Below, in pieces: positions 13,470 through 25,637 of a stretch of DNA of 64,000 nt. The notes beneath the pieces were generated by a model. It saw nothing but the letters and a program-made list of their open reading frames with translations, did not search any database and was not told where the DNA came from. Within the stretch, counting starts at the first letter, position 1. Each line of letters starts with the position of its first letter. Source of the stretch: Takakia lepidozioides (taxonomy: Eukaryota > Plantae > Bryophyta); NCBI GenBank assembly GCA_030704615.1, contig CM060733.1, forward strand, positions 66,588,001-66,652,000, in the 5' to 3' direction. The position numbers were made by a program, and so were the translations under genes.

Positions 13470-14260
13470 ACACGCGACCACCGCATGGCGGTTGCTATAT
13501 TTATAAAAACAAGAAGAGCGACCGCCACATGGTGGTCGCTGCTTTTTAAAAATATATATTAAATAAGCGATCGCCTACTGGCGGTCGCTTAATTCAAGAT
13601 TCAAAATATAAATAAGCGACCGCCGCTACATGGCGGTCGCTTCATTTTTTAAAAAAAATTAAGTAAACGACCGCCAAACGGCGGTCGCATAATTTAAGAA
13701 TCAAAATCAAATCAAGTGACCGCTTCCAAATGGCGGTCGCTGTATTCTTTATTAACAAAAAAATAGCGACGGCCGCCAAATGGCAGTCGCTGCATTTTTC
13801 AAAAATAAACTGAAGAAGCGACCGCCAAACGGCGGTCGCTTTATTTAAAGAATAAAAATAAAGCGACCGCTGCTAAATGGCGGTCGCTAAATTTAATATA
13901 TATATAGCGACCGCCACATGGCGGTCGCTGTATTTTTACAGAATATATCAAAGATATAATAATAATAATATAATAAAGTGCGAGCGACCGCCAATCTGGG
14001 CGGTCGCTTCATTTAAAACATAATAAACTTCAACCGACCGCCAATGTAGGCGGTCGCTTATTTTAAAATGTAATAAAATACAAGCGACCGCCAATATGGG
14101 CGGTCGCTTCATTTATAAATAAATAAATTACCGGCGACCGCCAATATTGGCGGTCGCTTAATTTAACAAAATATTAAATTACAAGCGACCGCCAATATGG
14201 GCGGTCGCTTTTATTTTAAAAATAATAAATTATATGCGACCGCCAATATAGGTGGACATT
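13470..14260. repeat. Second array of ~16 AGCGACCGCC...GGCGGTCGCT palindromes
   Basis: Same unit as 5380-6640, with A-rich spacers. Confidence 0.95.
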
Positions 14261-14409
14261 TTTTTTAAAGAATTAATAAATATTAATAATTGGCCACGTC
14301 TGTTTTACACCGTGGCTGCCATGTCATTACAAAGGGTAGAAGTAAATTGTGAGAGTCAAATGTAAGAGTCAAATGTAAAAAAAAATTACATGGTTAAACG
14401 TCCGGATTC

Positions 14410-14465
14410 GACGTGACGTGACGGCCGACGTGTCAGCGCCACGTCACGTCAGGAATGATAACTAG
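14410..14465 (+). other. GC-rich terminal hairpin followed by CTAG at the right junction of the 12.4-kb insert
   Basis: gacgtgacgtg(14410-14420)...cacgtcacgtc(14440-14450), then aggaatgataa-CTAG. Confidence 0.7.
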
Positions 14466-14591
14466 GGCTCGGGCTCACACACAGAGCCCTCCGAGGGACT
14501 CTCACCGACAGAAGGGTACTCGTTCACAAAGGTTTGCTGATCCTAAACAATAAACTGTGAGGACACGACTTTTTGAGAGGGGGAGGGATAA

Positions 14592-15632
14592 TATTAGAGG
14601 GCTGTCTAGGACTTAGACAGTTTTACGGGTTTTGTGGGGTACCCTTAATTTTGCGCAGACTTACGGATGGTAGACTCAGACCAACAGAGGCCTTAGGGGT
14701 GACAGACACAGGCCTTAGGGGTGGTAGGCAAGCTTACACAGTCAGTCACGGGCTTACACAGCTTGTCACAACCTGACACAGCCTGACACAGTTTATCACA
14801 GCCTGACACAACTTGTCACAGCCTTACACAACCTATCACAACCTGACACAGCTTGACACAGCTTGTCACAACCTTACACAGTCTATCACAGCCTATCACA
14901 GTCAGTCACAGCTTGTCACAGCCTGACACAGCCTGACACGGTCTATCACAGCCCGACACAGTTTGGCACAGCCCGTCACAGCGTTCACAGGGAACGGTTA
15001 TCATTGGCAGGGAACGACTGGGTGGGAACGATATCTGCAAGGGGAACGTGCATTCTGTCTTGGATGACAGTTAGTTAGTTAGGCGGTTAGAACAGCTTGC
15101 AGGTAGAATAAGCAAGGTAGCAACATGGAGAGGGTCACTTCTTGGAGATCACTTCTTGGACATCACTAGAAGAGATCAGGCGGAGAGCACGATCTTGGAG
15201 TGCAGGGATGGAGATTACACAGAGGAGGAGATACAACAAGATGATGTTTGATTAATGCAAGCTGTAGAGATGCACTGTTGAGCAGATTAGAGACACCATG
15301 GCTTCGGCCTGATATTTGATAGATATTAATCTGATACATATTTCATACTCACACTGTGTAGAGAGACCTGAGTGAAGCTGTGGAATGGATGCTTGGGTAG
15401 ATGGAACATGGAAGATTGCAGAAGCAATCTGATACTTAATCATAGATAATAAGGTAACTTGCTAATATGAATGCGAGAAGGAATACAAATAGAAAGCACC
15501 CCCATGATACACTAGTTGTAGGTCATGACTGATTGTTCTGAGCGGGCTGAGTGCTTAGAGATTTCTAACTCTTCTATCTTGGAGTTTCCACCTCGGATAG
15601 CTAAGGGATGGGTGAGTAAAAGCCGCTCGACA
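14592..15632 (+). repeat. 3' LTR of the older family-A element
   Basis: Preceded by PPT gagagggggagggataa; starts tattagagg (TG mutated), ends gtaaaagccgctcgaca; homologous to 51181-52129; contains the cacagcc minisatellite. Confidence 0.92.
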
Positions 15633-16715
15633 GGCCATCATAGTGTGGCCCACTGTATCAAAACCCAAACCCTCATCCCTACAGCACCAACAGATATGAT
15701 TTGATAAACCTTGGGTTCTGACAGATTACTCACAAGTCAAGAGTCCCTCCCACATGTGTATGCTTGAGAGCTTCATGGGAATAGATGATGCCAACAGTCA
15801 GCAGCAGTGTAGGATTGCTAGTAACAGCTGGATCTGCTAACCACTCAACTAGGTTGGCCAATGCCTCCTCCTGCAAGAAGAGAGGGACATATTATCAGCA
15901 ACAAGGGTAGAGATATTCAACTGCTGAAGTGAGGATTCAGCCTGATTCAGGTAGCCAACAAATATATTAGTAAACCCTATATCTATATCCTTGCTCCAGT
16001 CACCCGACGTCCTTAGTGAAAAAGTCGCGCCGCTGCCTTGAAATGCAGCCGTGCCTTGGATAATAAGTTACAAAGTGATAAGCCTAGTTCTTGCACTTAT
16101 TGCACATTTCACTACAACTCTACCCACAAAAGCATAAATCTGTAACTAAGAATAAACAGGGCACCAGCAATGTCCTGTGGGCATCAGGGCCTACTCATAA
16201 TGTTAATGGTGTCTTGATAGGATTACAACACAGATAGAAGCAGCAGAAAGGAAGAGTAACCTCTAACAGCCGGAAGAGTGCATCACGGACACCGTCCTCC
16301 TAATGGCCGTGAGGCTGTTGATGGTGGTAATTCAGTGTTGTTCACACGAAGTGCATTCTGCTTCCACACAAAAATCATTTCTGCACCAGTTTGCTTGGCT
16401 AACAGAACTTTGTTAGCGTCCTTAGGGTACCTGCAGCATGCGTTGAATAAGTGGTAGCTACATAGCCGGGTAAAATCCAATCTAGCGAATTCTAGTCGCG
16501 CACCGGACTACGCGGTTTGCGGCTACATAGGGCATCACTAACTAGGCACCTAAAGACCTGCGGTTCTCTAATGTAAAACTCAAGATGAACAAGATGAAGA
16601 AAATACCCCTAGAAGATTAAAAATGAGCATATTAGTCATAACCACTAAAGCCTTCAAGCCAACGTTCTCCATGTTCGTTTGCAGCAACTGCAATTGTGAC
16701 ATTTGTGGAAAGATC

Positions 16716-16940
16716 AGAAGTTTGGGGTACAGGTCACCTGTTGAGACAATTATCTTCCACTACATTATGGGCAATGGGCGCTGCAGCGATGGTGAAGCCC
16801 TTGTGGTAGATGGTGGCACACATGTTGGATACTTCTCCCTCATAGCAGCAGCTTATGGTTGCTGGGTAGCTGCCTTCGAGCCCAACTTCAAAGCCATACG
16901 CTACCTGCAAAGCATCAATGGCTCTACATCAGCTGGGCAG
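16716..16940 (+). pseudogene. FkbM-family (Methyltransf_21) SAM methyltransferase fragment
   Basis: ALVVDGGTHVGYFSLIAAAYGCWVAAFEPN matches the FkbM pattern vDvGan.G.fsl.aa..G..V.afEP. Confidence 0.7.
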
Positions 16941-18017
16941 CCTTGTGAAATTGTACCCAAAAGCTCTTGGGTCGACGCGTTGATCCCTTGTCACTTACTA
17001 GGCACCCAATACAACCTCTCCTAGTGTGTCTAGATAAACAAGTGATTTGAACTTACAACATTGCACCACAATACCTGACTATAACTGTTAGCACCCGTGG
17101 CTCGGCCTGGTATACTTTCAAGAATTCGCCAAGCCCTAGCGATTGCATCAGCAGTAAATAGTGGTATTTAATATCAGCCGATGGTGTTGAATTAATAGAG
17201 GAAGATGGGAATATTATCGAGACTGGAAGGATATTAATTGCATTAGATTGAGGGAGTCTGGTGGTAGAAATTGATCTATTCCTGGGGTTGATTTTAGTTT
17301 TTATTCTACACCTTTTTAGCGCCGCTGCCGGGGAAAGACGATACGATGTAAGATAATGATGCTTTAATAAACTTTCAAGATCTCTACTTTTTAAGGTTGT
17401 TGAAGGAAGACGAGATGACAGGGGGGGTTGTTCATAACAGTAACGTTCCACCACCTGGGTTAAAGTTATGTCCCTTCTGCGATCCACGGAATTAGCACAA
17501 AAAGACAGAAATACCGGAATGTTTTTGGAGTCAGAGGAAGAAGGATAAAATGATTGAACCTTTGGGATCTGAGCCTAAGGAAGACGGCGATAGTCAAAGA
17601 GGAGCCGATCCAGCTTCCTCCTAAGCAAGATGCTCAGTCAACTACACTCGAATTGTCTGTCGCAAGAAATCAGGGCGGTCGTCTTGTGTTTTTGATAAAG
17701 AAGAAGGGGTTATGGGGAATGAAGGAATCTCCCATGAGAACGGAGCATCAGGCTAATTTTGAGTTGGTTGCACATATGTGTCATATGCGCCGGCGTAGGT
17801 GGTCGGAGGTCCTCTGTCGGGATGCTCACGCCTGTATTCTGCTCCAAGTTGTAAGCTTTGAAAGACAAGGATATTCATGGAATTAGTTGACTATCCAAAT
17901 TCATTTGTTTTCTTCATGCAACCATGACACTGAACTGCTCTTTTTACATATTATACATTCACACATGTGCTCTTCTCATACACTGACATCTTGAACTGTT
18001 TTGGTCTATGGAATTAG

Positions 18018-21000
18018 GAAATTACTACTACAACTGAAGCTGTGGAGGCCGGGACGCTTGCAACCATTATTGACGACATTGATGCAGGGAATTGGGGGGC
18101 AGATGAGTATGAAGAGGATACAACATCTAGTGATCCTCTCTCTCTAGATGCCAAACAGGCAATTATTCTGGAAAAGAAACAAGATCTGAATGTAACTTTC
18201 AGGTCCCTCCTCATTGAGGATGGAGTTATGGACATTCCATTGTGTCGCATGATTTCTATGCAGGTTGTTAGGCCCGCCCTTGCCAACGACATCCTAAAGC
18301 TTAGAGGAGACTTCTATTCTGGATACCATCCAGGAGCAGCCGTGTTCTATGTTTCTGTTGAGGGGATTGATGGATCTACTGTAGATGTAGGTCCTGATAT
18401 CATCTCTACATGGGATAGTCATTGGAAAATAGTCAATGATGAGTTTGAGAAGTATCTTGAGTCCAAGCCAAAGTTGCATCATCTTCGGGGGAAGATGTTT
18501 CATGTCTGGGATGGGAATCATAGGCTTCAAGCATGGTATCCCTATATCAATGAAGTTCATGGGGCCAACTTGTCAAGACATGTCTGTGTGACAAGTTGGG
18601 TGCTCAATGCGGACATTGAAAATCGTGGTTCCCTCAGGTCCATCATGGATGGAGTGAATGTGTGAGTTTCCTTTCTATTCTTCATTTACTTTCAAGTTCA
18701 ATGTTGTCATGTTCTTGCTCAATGGATGTACATATACACATCTTCTTTCTAATGATCATATTTTATATGTGCAGGGCAACAGAGAGGGCACATGTTACAT
18801 CCAAATTTGTGCACTTGGTTTGCAAGGTCAATATGATTGGCCTTACACCTGTCTCTGAATGGAAGAATGTATTGAGGAAAGAGCAATACGACGAATGCAT
18901 CAAGAAAGCAGGAAAGACTTGGTATAACCTGACAGTCCATGCAATGACAAAGATTTTGTACAAGGTAACATCATGTCTTAACCAAGTTTCATTCTTTGCA
19001 TCCATAGACAAGATTCACCTCTGGTTCATGTTATGAACTGTTTTGGTTCTTTTGGCAGCATGATATTGTTGAGGCCCAACGCATGGCGGGGGAAGCTTAC
19101 AAACTTGCTGAGGGGCCAAAGAGTCAAGAGGGCCTTGAAGATACAATGAGACAGGCTGGATTGAAAGCAAGGGAGCAACACAAGAGTCAGCTTGTGAAGT
19201 TGCTTCCTATTGCTGATCCAACCCTTGGAGAGGGGTTTCTCCAAGAACTTAAACTGCATTGGTCACGTGTAAAGGCAGGATCAGAGCAAATGACCCAAGA
19301 GAAAATGGTGAACATTGCTACCGCCCGGGTGGATCCTGAAGAAAAGGTGGAATGGCTACATATATGGAATGGAGACCAAACACTTCACGACCGTAATTTT
19401 TTTTCCACCCGGGCCTATCAGTGGGCCAACACTTGATCCTTGGCTGAATAGAAGGACTTTTTGGTGGCAGGTACATATACAATCACTATCTTCTCAATGC
19501 AATTAATTCATTTTGTTGATGACACATTAACATAGTTATTTAACTGACTGTATTTTCTGGCAGCTTCGCAAGGTTGCCTTGGCTCAGTTTGCCTTGTACA
19601 CCACTCAGCTTGGCCAATTTCATGTTGCCTTGGAGGAAGGAGAGAGTGAGAGTCTGGGAGACTACATGGATACATGGAAGATGACTCATTTCAATGAGTT
19701 GTTTCATAGAGAGTTCTCATTGCCAAAGGGGCCATTCAGAGGCAATGATTGGGAACAACAAACAGGTGGGGAGAAGGTGGTGAGACGGATTTTATTCAGG
19801 TACCATCTTTCCATTGCATTGTACATGGATAGTGTATACACCTTGTAAGTCAAAAATGTCTATGCTTCAAGTATTTTTCTAGTACATTGGGATATACATG
19901 TTTCTTAATGTGCTTGTTCAATTGTTGAACAGGTTGCATAAATATTTGTCTCCACAATAACTTTGAATGTGTTTGTATTTTAGGTACATGAGATTTGTGC
20001 TTGTACCGAGTGATCGACTTAAGGCTGAGCCCAAGTTTCTGATGGCCTGGAAGTTTGGTGCTCAACAAGCTTCCATGTACACACCTGCAATTGAGGAAGA
20101 TTGGGGTGTGGAACACCGGGAAGGGGGGGTTGGTATTTGGATATGCCCAAGGGTACTATCCCCTATGCAGAAATGGGACTTCATAAGGAATGTGTTCGCA
20201 GGCAGTCAGTGAGTGATGAAGGGGTATCTCCACTGAAGTCCCTGTTCTTGATCTGGAGCATGCAGAACAGATTGCTACACAGGCCGCTGACGCTGTAGCC
20301 CAAGTGGTCCCTGCCGTTGTGGGTGTATCAAAACGCAAATCACGAAAAAGAAAAGGTGCGGATGTCAATGCAGGTGTGGCCCCCAATGCAGGTGTGGCTT
20401 CTATTGCTGGTCCTATTGGTAGTTCTTCACATCCTTCAAATCAGTTGGTTGTAGTGCCTGCACCTACTACTCGAGGAAACAAGCCAAAGGCAGGCGAACA
20501 TCCTTACAGTGCAGTGTCATTTTCTGGTGGTGCACCTAGCATGTATCGCATGAAGATCATGCCTACTCATTTCATTGATATGGTGGAGGCCTCAAGTACA
20601 TCTCCTGATGCGACCTTGAAAGAGCTCATGGAGTTCTTAAAAAATGTGAGTTTCCCCCAACAAACAAACTTGAATGTAAGGAATTCTTCGATGTTTTTAT
20701 ATCCTCATCATCCGGCTATTGACTCCTACATTTTCTGTATGTTGTTTGCAGTTGCCAGGAACTTGGTCTAGTGTTGTGGATGGAAAAAACGTGCATGTGG
20801 CTGTGGACATGATCATCGTGGACTGCCCAACAGGAATGCTTGTACAGGGCTGTTTGGATGGTGTACAGGTTCCTCCCTGGAATGCTTTTGATAAACGGTA
20901 TTGGGAGTATGCATTCTCCATTGCTAATGACCTGTTGGATGACAATGGATGCTTGGTGTTCTTGCAGGGCTCCGATGATTCATTTGCATTGGAGCTCTTT

Positions 21001-22169
21001 TCTTACTCCAGGGGCAGCTCTATTTCCGTATTATCAAGGAAATATACTTGCATCAATACCACCCCTCTACACACTCAGACAGGAAAGGTAAAAATCATCC
21101 CTCTTCAATATCTCATTGTTTGATGTTTCATCTTCCTACTCTCATACATATTATTAAACCATCCGGGTGCACTGTTTTTGTGGAAATGGCACGTCTAACA
21201 GACCATGTTCTTCCACGCCCATGTCCTCACCAAGCAAGGAGGACTATTCAAACTGCGTGAGTCTGGCAAAGTTGTGGACCCCCTTGCAGACCCTGTTGAG
21301 TTGGATGCCATCTACAACCACATTCCAGATGTTGCACTACCCATGCAAACTCCTCAACAAGCCTGGAGGGGTGCGCGAGACCGTAGTCCCGCCTTCATGC
21401 AAGTGTTGTTGGAGACATGCTCACCTCCTGGCTCCCGCATTTTGGATCTCACAGCTGGCACAGGTTTGCATTGGTCTCCATTTTGTAATTAAAATCTTCT
21501 GAGCTGATTCATGATCATTAACTGTTATCCGATATAATATCATCATTGCATGTTTTTTTCCTGCAGGTTCTACATTTATTGCTGCCCGCGAGTCTGGACG
21601 TCACGTATTTGGTCTTGAGGGGGACCAGACATTGTATGCAGCACGTCTCTCTGCACCTCAAAATACTCAATCCGTTTTGGTTTCATCTGTGGTAACTCCA
21701 ACCATTCAACGTCCTGTGAGTTTGTTGGAACCCCCCGCTCCTAAGGTGGCGCGCAAGCTTGGTCTTCATCTCGGCAGTACTTCCTACTGAGTATGTCTCG
21801 CCTCCATTCCCTTTGTTGCAATCTCTATATTATTTGCAAAGCAAACCATTCCCATTTGATTTGTTAACATAAGTATACATGTATGTGTGATGCAGTGATG
21901 GGATTGTGCGGACCATCTACGATAGTCTACCCCAAAGTCCTCTTTCATCGTTTTATCTACCTTCGTATGCCGAGTCCCAAGCTTTGCATTCAATACATCA
22001 ACAACGTGATGTAGGTCTTTCCAATGATCTCTTGTTTGACCGAAGAGCAGCTATTGTTGGACAATCCGTGGATAGGTTGCGTAGAGTTGAGGCTTTCATG
22101 GATGTGTATGCCTCTGAATCACAGGCTTATGACACGGATGATGAAGTATCAGCTGATGATGTTATGTAG
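18018..22169 (+). CDS. Multi-exon gene: N-terminal ParB/Sulfiredoxin-like domain + C-terminal beta-class N6A/N4C DNA methyltransferase-like domain
   Basis: Phase-compatible GT-AG exons 18018-18661, 18775-18964, 19059-19470, 19564-19799, 19984-20645, 20752-21087, 21202-21463, 21567-~21790, ~21896-22169; FHVWDGNHRLQAW; VDMIIVDCPTG; RSPAFMQVLLETCSPPGSRILDLTAGT|GSTFIAARESGRHVFGLEGD. At least three 1-nt shifts in homopolymers; first exon probably upstream (~17520-17850). Confidence 0.8.
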
Positions 22170-22529
22170 GTAATTAGAAATTACATATACAATACATTGT
22201 CCTCATTGTCAGTCCGAATTTTTTGTTATTTTTTATGATACATGTATTTCTCTCTAGTGTAAGGTAAAACAAATGGGGCAAATGACATGGTGTTGAAATC
22301 AGATTTCATGTTATCTTCCTGTCATTTGATTTATCTATGTAATAGTTTGTACATAGATCTCTACTGCATTTCATAGATCCCTTTACCTTAAAGAAAGTTC
22401 GACATGCACTTCAGCACTATCAAATTTCATCATTAGTAAGATCAACCCTTATGAGTATTGTGGCATGTTATGTACACACAGGGTGACTATCTTTATCTCA
22501 TTAGTTTTCATTTCATTAGTGTTTCAAGT

Positions 22530-22602
22530 CTGAATGGGTAGTGTAGTGGTATGAACTAGGCTTGATACCCGATAGGTTGTGGGTTCTATCTCTGATGGAC
22601 AT
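22530..22602 (+). other. Possible degenerate tRNA-derived/SINE head
   Basis: tagtgtagtgg (A-box-like) and gggttctatc (B-box-like) at tRNA-like spacing; no cloverleaf. Confidence 0.3.
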
Positions 22603-23097
22603 TATGTTTTTGTAAAATAAAAATGTTTCAGAAGATAGATATATAGATACTGCAAAACCTATGTAACAAAGCTCCCTAGCATTCCCTTAGCATTGCTCCA
22701 TTCTGAACTTCAAACTAGACTCCCACCATTGGAAGAGCCCGTACCTTCACCATTTGTATCTAACAAGGAGCCGTGCCTCGTCACTTTTTAATTTTTTGAC
22801 CTTTTTTCTCATGTTGGAAAGCCATAAAAGCAACATGTTCATCTCCCATTCCTACACTCACCCATGTGGAATAATAATACAATGAATATGGAATATTCTA
22901 TATATAATATTCTTATTCCATCCTTTGATATTTTGACTATGGACCCTAAGATTAGATGAATCACAATTTATTTTTTTTTTTTGGGGTACCCTTATTTAAG
23001 TGTTGTGCATATAAAATTGTTCCTATGCATATCTAAAATTTGTATGCACGCATACATTCCTCCATATGCATGCATTTGTGTGCGCATAAAGTATAGG

Positions 23098-24572
23098 CTA
23101 CCTCCATGGAGAGGTACATGAAGGATCTGAAGGGGTATGTACGCAACATGGCACGGCCAGAGGGGAGTATGGCGGAGGGCTACATCCGCGACGAAGCCCT
23201 GGGCTTCATGACAGAGTATATGTCTTCATTTGATGCAACACAACGACGGGTGTGGGATGAGAACGAGGAAGAAGGAGTTGTAGGCAAGGTCCTAGAAGGT
23301 GGTGGAACAAAGCGTGCCATGACCCGGCGCCTTCGGGATGTGGCACATGATTATGTGCTGAACAACACAACAACCATGACACCATGGAGACAGTGGGTGT
23401 AAACTTACATCCCTCTTGTGCTATTCTTAATGGTCTTTGTATGCTGGAATTATATATATATTGTCACAAGTCATTCCGGCCACTATGGGAGTGAGATCGT
23501 GTACTAACAGGGTGCTTCAGACGACTACAGAGGGTGTTTCGTAGTTAGTGTTGTTGCTTGCAAGTGATTATGAAGTAGGTTGCATCACTACAGTGTGCTT
23601 GAAAGGACACAATCTGCATGTGGCATGCATGTACAGTACGGTGTTGGTCAGGGGGACTGAGTTGCAGCTTCTATTTGGTTTTTGCCAGAAAGTACGCAGC
23701 GGAGAAGGTCCGCCTGAAAACGGAACGGAGTGCATTTGCAAAAGCATGGCGGAGGGCGGTCATAGGCGCAGATCCCCGGTGGAGTACCCCACACAATGGA
23801 GGAGCTGCAGCCCTTTATAGTGGGTCAAATCTGCAATTGCAGTGTACACATCAGAGAACGAGGACCCAGATGAGGGCATGGTGAGTCTGTCATTCCCCCC
23901 AGGGCTGATTGTCACTTCGTACCGGTCAATGAAAGCATATGGCAATCATTATAGAGTGGACGATGCCAACACCAGCCTCCTGGTGACTTATGACAGCGGA
24001 GTGGCATCATTTTTTGAGCAAGAGAGTAGGAGCTGTGCACGAGATCGGAATCCAATTTCATGCCATGTGCAATATGTAGGAGTCATCAAAGAGATCCTTA
24101 AACTAGACTATGGTCTTGTGAAGCCAATTCTATTCCGTTGTTCTTGGGTAAAAGCCAATATGGTAGGAGAGAATGCCACCATGAAACGGGATGAGTATGG
24201 GTTCCTCCTTGCTGATTTCAGAAAAAATGCTACCACACAAGATGAAGAGCCATTCATCTTCCCATCGCAAGTTGAGCAAGTTTTCTTTCAGATGACACCC
24301 ATGCGCCGGATGGAAGGTGGTTCTTCACAAGGACCCTCTCGGGCCAAACGAGTCGTGGCCGACGTCCATGATCTGGACCTAGGGGAGATGCCGACCACGA
24401 GGGTCTGAGGGAACCACAAAATCTACCAGATACGGCCGAACTAGTCTCTTTGGAAGGAGCAGTTACCTTTAATGAGGAAGACATTCCAGGGTTGGTAATT
24501 ACCGCAAGACAAATTGCAGATATGGGCAGTGAAGGGGAAGATTCTTTGGATACGGATAGTGAGCCCAGCTGA
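23098..24572 (+). pseudogene. CACTA/En-Spm transposase C-terminal remnant (DUF4218 + DUF4216)
   Basis: MERYMKDLKGYVRNMARPEGSMAEGY; YVGVIKEILKLDYG..ILFRCSW; EPFIFPSQVEQVFF; catalytic Transposase_21 part absent. Confidence 0.9.
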
Positions 24573-25637
24573 ATCTCAGTGTCCATTAAGCTGGCAGCTC
24601 GTAGACGAGAGCTGTGCTAAGGACTCTTACTGTCCTTAGAACCCATTTTGTACAGTCCTGCAAGCGCACAAGGGCAAGACAGTTAATCGTATCGATAATG
24701 TCCCGGAATGTGGTCCGTACTGTCTTGTGAACAAACCTATATTTACAGTATGATTGTAGTTCAGAACCAAAGGCATATCCTTCAGCCTTGACGTCTTTGC
24801 GATCTTCTTCTGTGACGCCTTCTTCATAACTTGAGAAATGGAAAAGCAGCTACACCTCAAATTATTGCAAGGCCACTCAATGGCACTAAGAACGTTTCGA
24901 GCATGCTGTCAGAAAACTAGACGGGCAAAAACCCAATTCAGCAGCCTCACCTTGCGTGGATACTTGGAATTGATACCAGAAGGGCATGCCCGTATGCGCG
25001 CTCCATTGTGCCTCCATCCAGCACATTCTGTAAATGTTGAATGACGAAGACCCCGATGTTACACCCTTCTGAGAAGCCACTACGCGCGCTCACACTATAC
25101 GAAGGCCTTGTCGTGTCAGGATTCGCATTCCCACGTCCCGCCATGTCCGACGAAGCACTTGCATCCCTGTCTCTGGTAGGTGGAGGCAGCACATATTAAA
25201 TATCTATTCCCCCAGGCCACATTTGGTTTACCTCTTTTTGTGAAAGCCACGTCAGCAAATGTGCTGCCGAATCATGGGTGTAATGAATGCGCAGTGGTTC
25301 ATGGAGTCATTGAGTCGACTACATATTCATTTTAATGAATAAATATCTTTATTCCATTAATCGAATTAGGAAAGGAAATTTGTAGTCGCATGTGTAGTAA
25401 TTACAACCACTTGTAAATTTGGCTTTTTCAAATTTTATGTATTTACGCAATTCGTAAAATAGCCCGGAATTCTGCTACGACTCCGGAGTCATTGACCCCA
25501 CTTCTGTCCGCCGTCTGAAATGCCCCCATGGGCCCGCATTGTCTGTTTCGACTCTCCAGTAGTCCCGTTTACTACCAAGTGGTTCCCGGAGTGGTCGCGG
25601 ACATGCAGTCGATTCGGAAAAGACATGAATGCTTCTA

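Larger units (their letters stand above)
1..15632 (+). mobile_element. 3' half of an older Ty3/Gypsy LTR retrotransposon (family A), interrupted by a ~12.4-kb insertion
   Basis: 1-2048 and 14461-14591 align colinearly with 49030-51180 of the intact element (extra ORF, PPT); followed by a diverged LTR at 14592-15632. Confidence 0.9.

Noticed and set aside
15164-15172. cactagaag as the left CACTA TIR matching 25632-25640
   Set aside because: Lies inside an uninterrupted LTR, so it is coincidental
18018-22169. Bacterial or phage contamination explaining the ParB-MTase
   Set aside because: The gene has multiple phase-compatible GT-AG introns and is flanked by plant transposons
22530-22602. Functional tRNA gene
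   Set aside because: Boxes are degenerate and the stems do not close; kept only as a low-confidence relic
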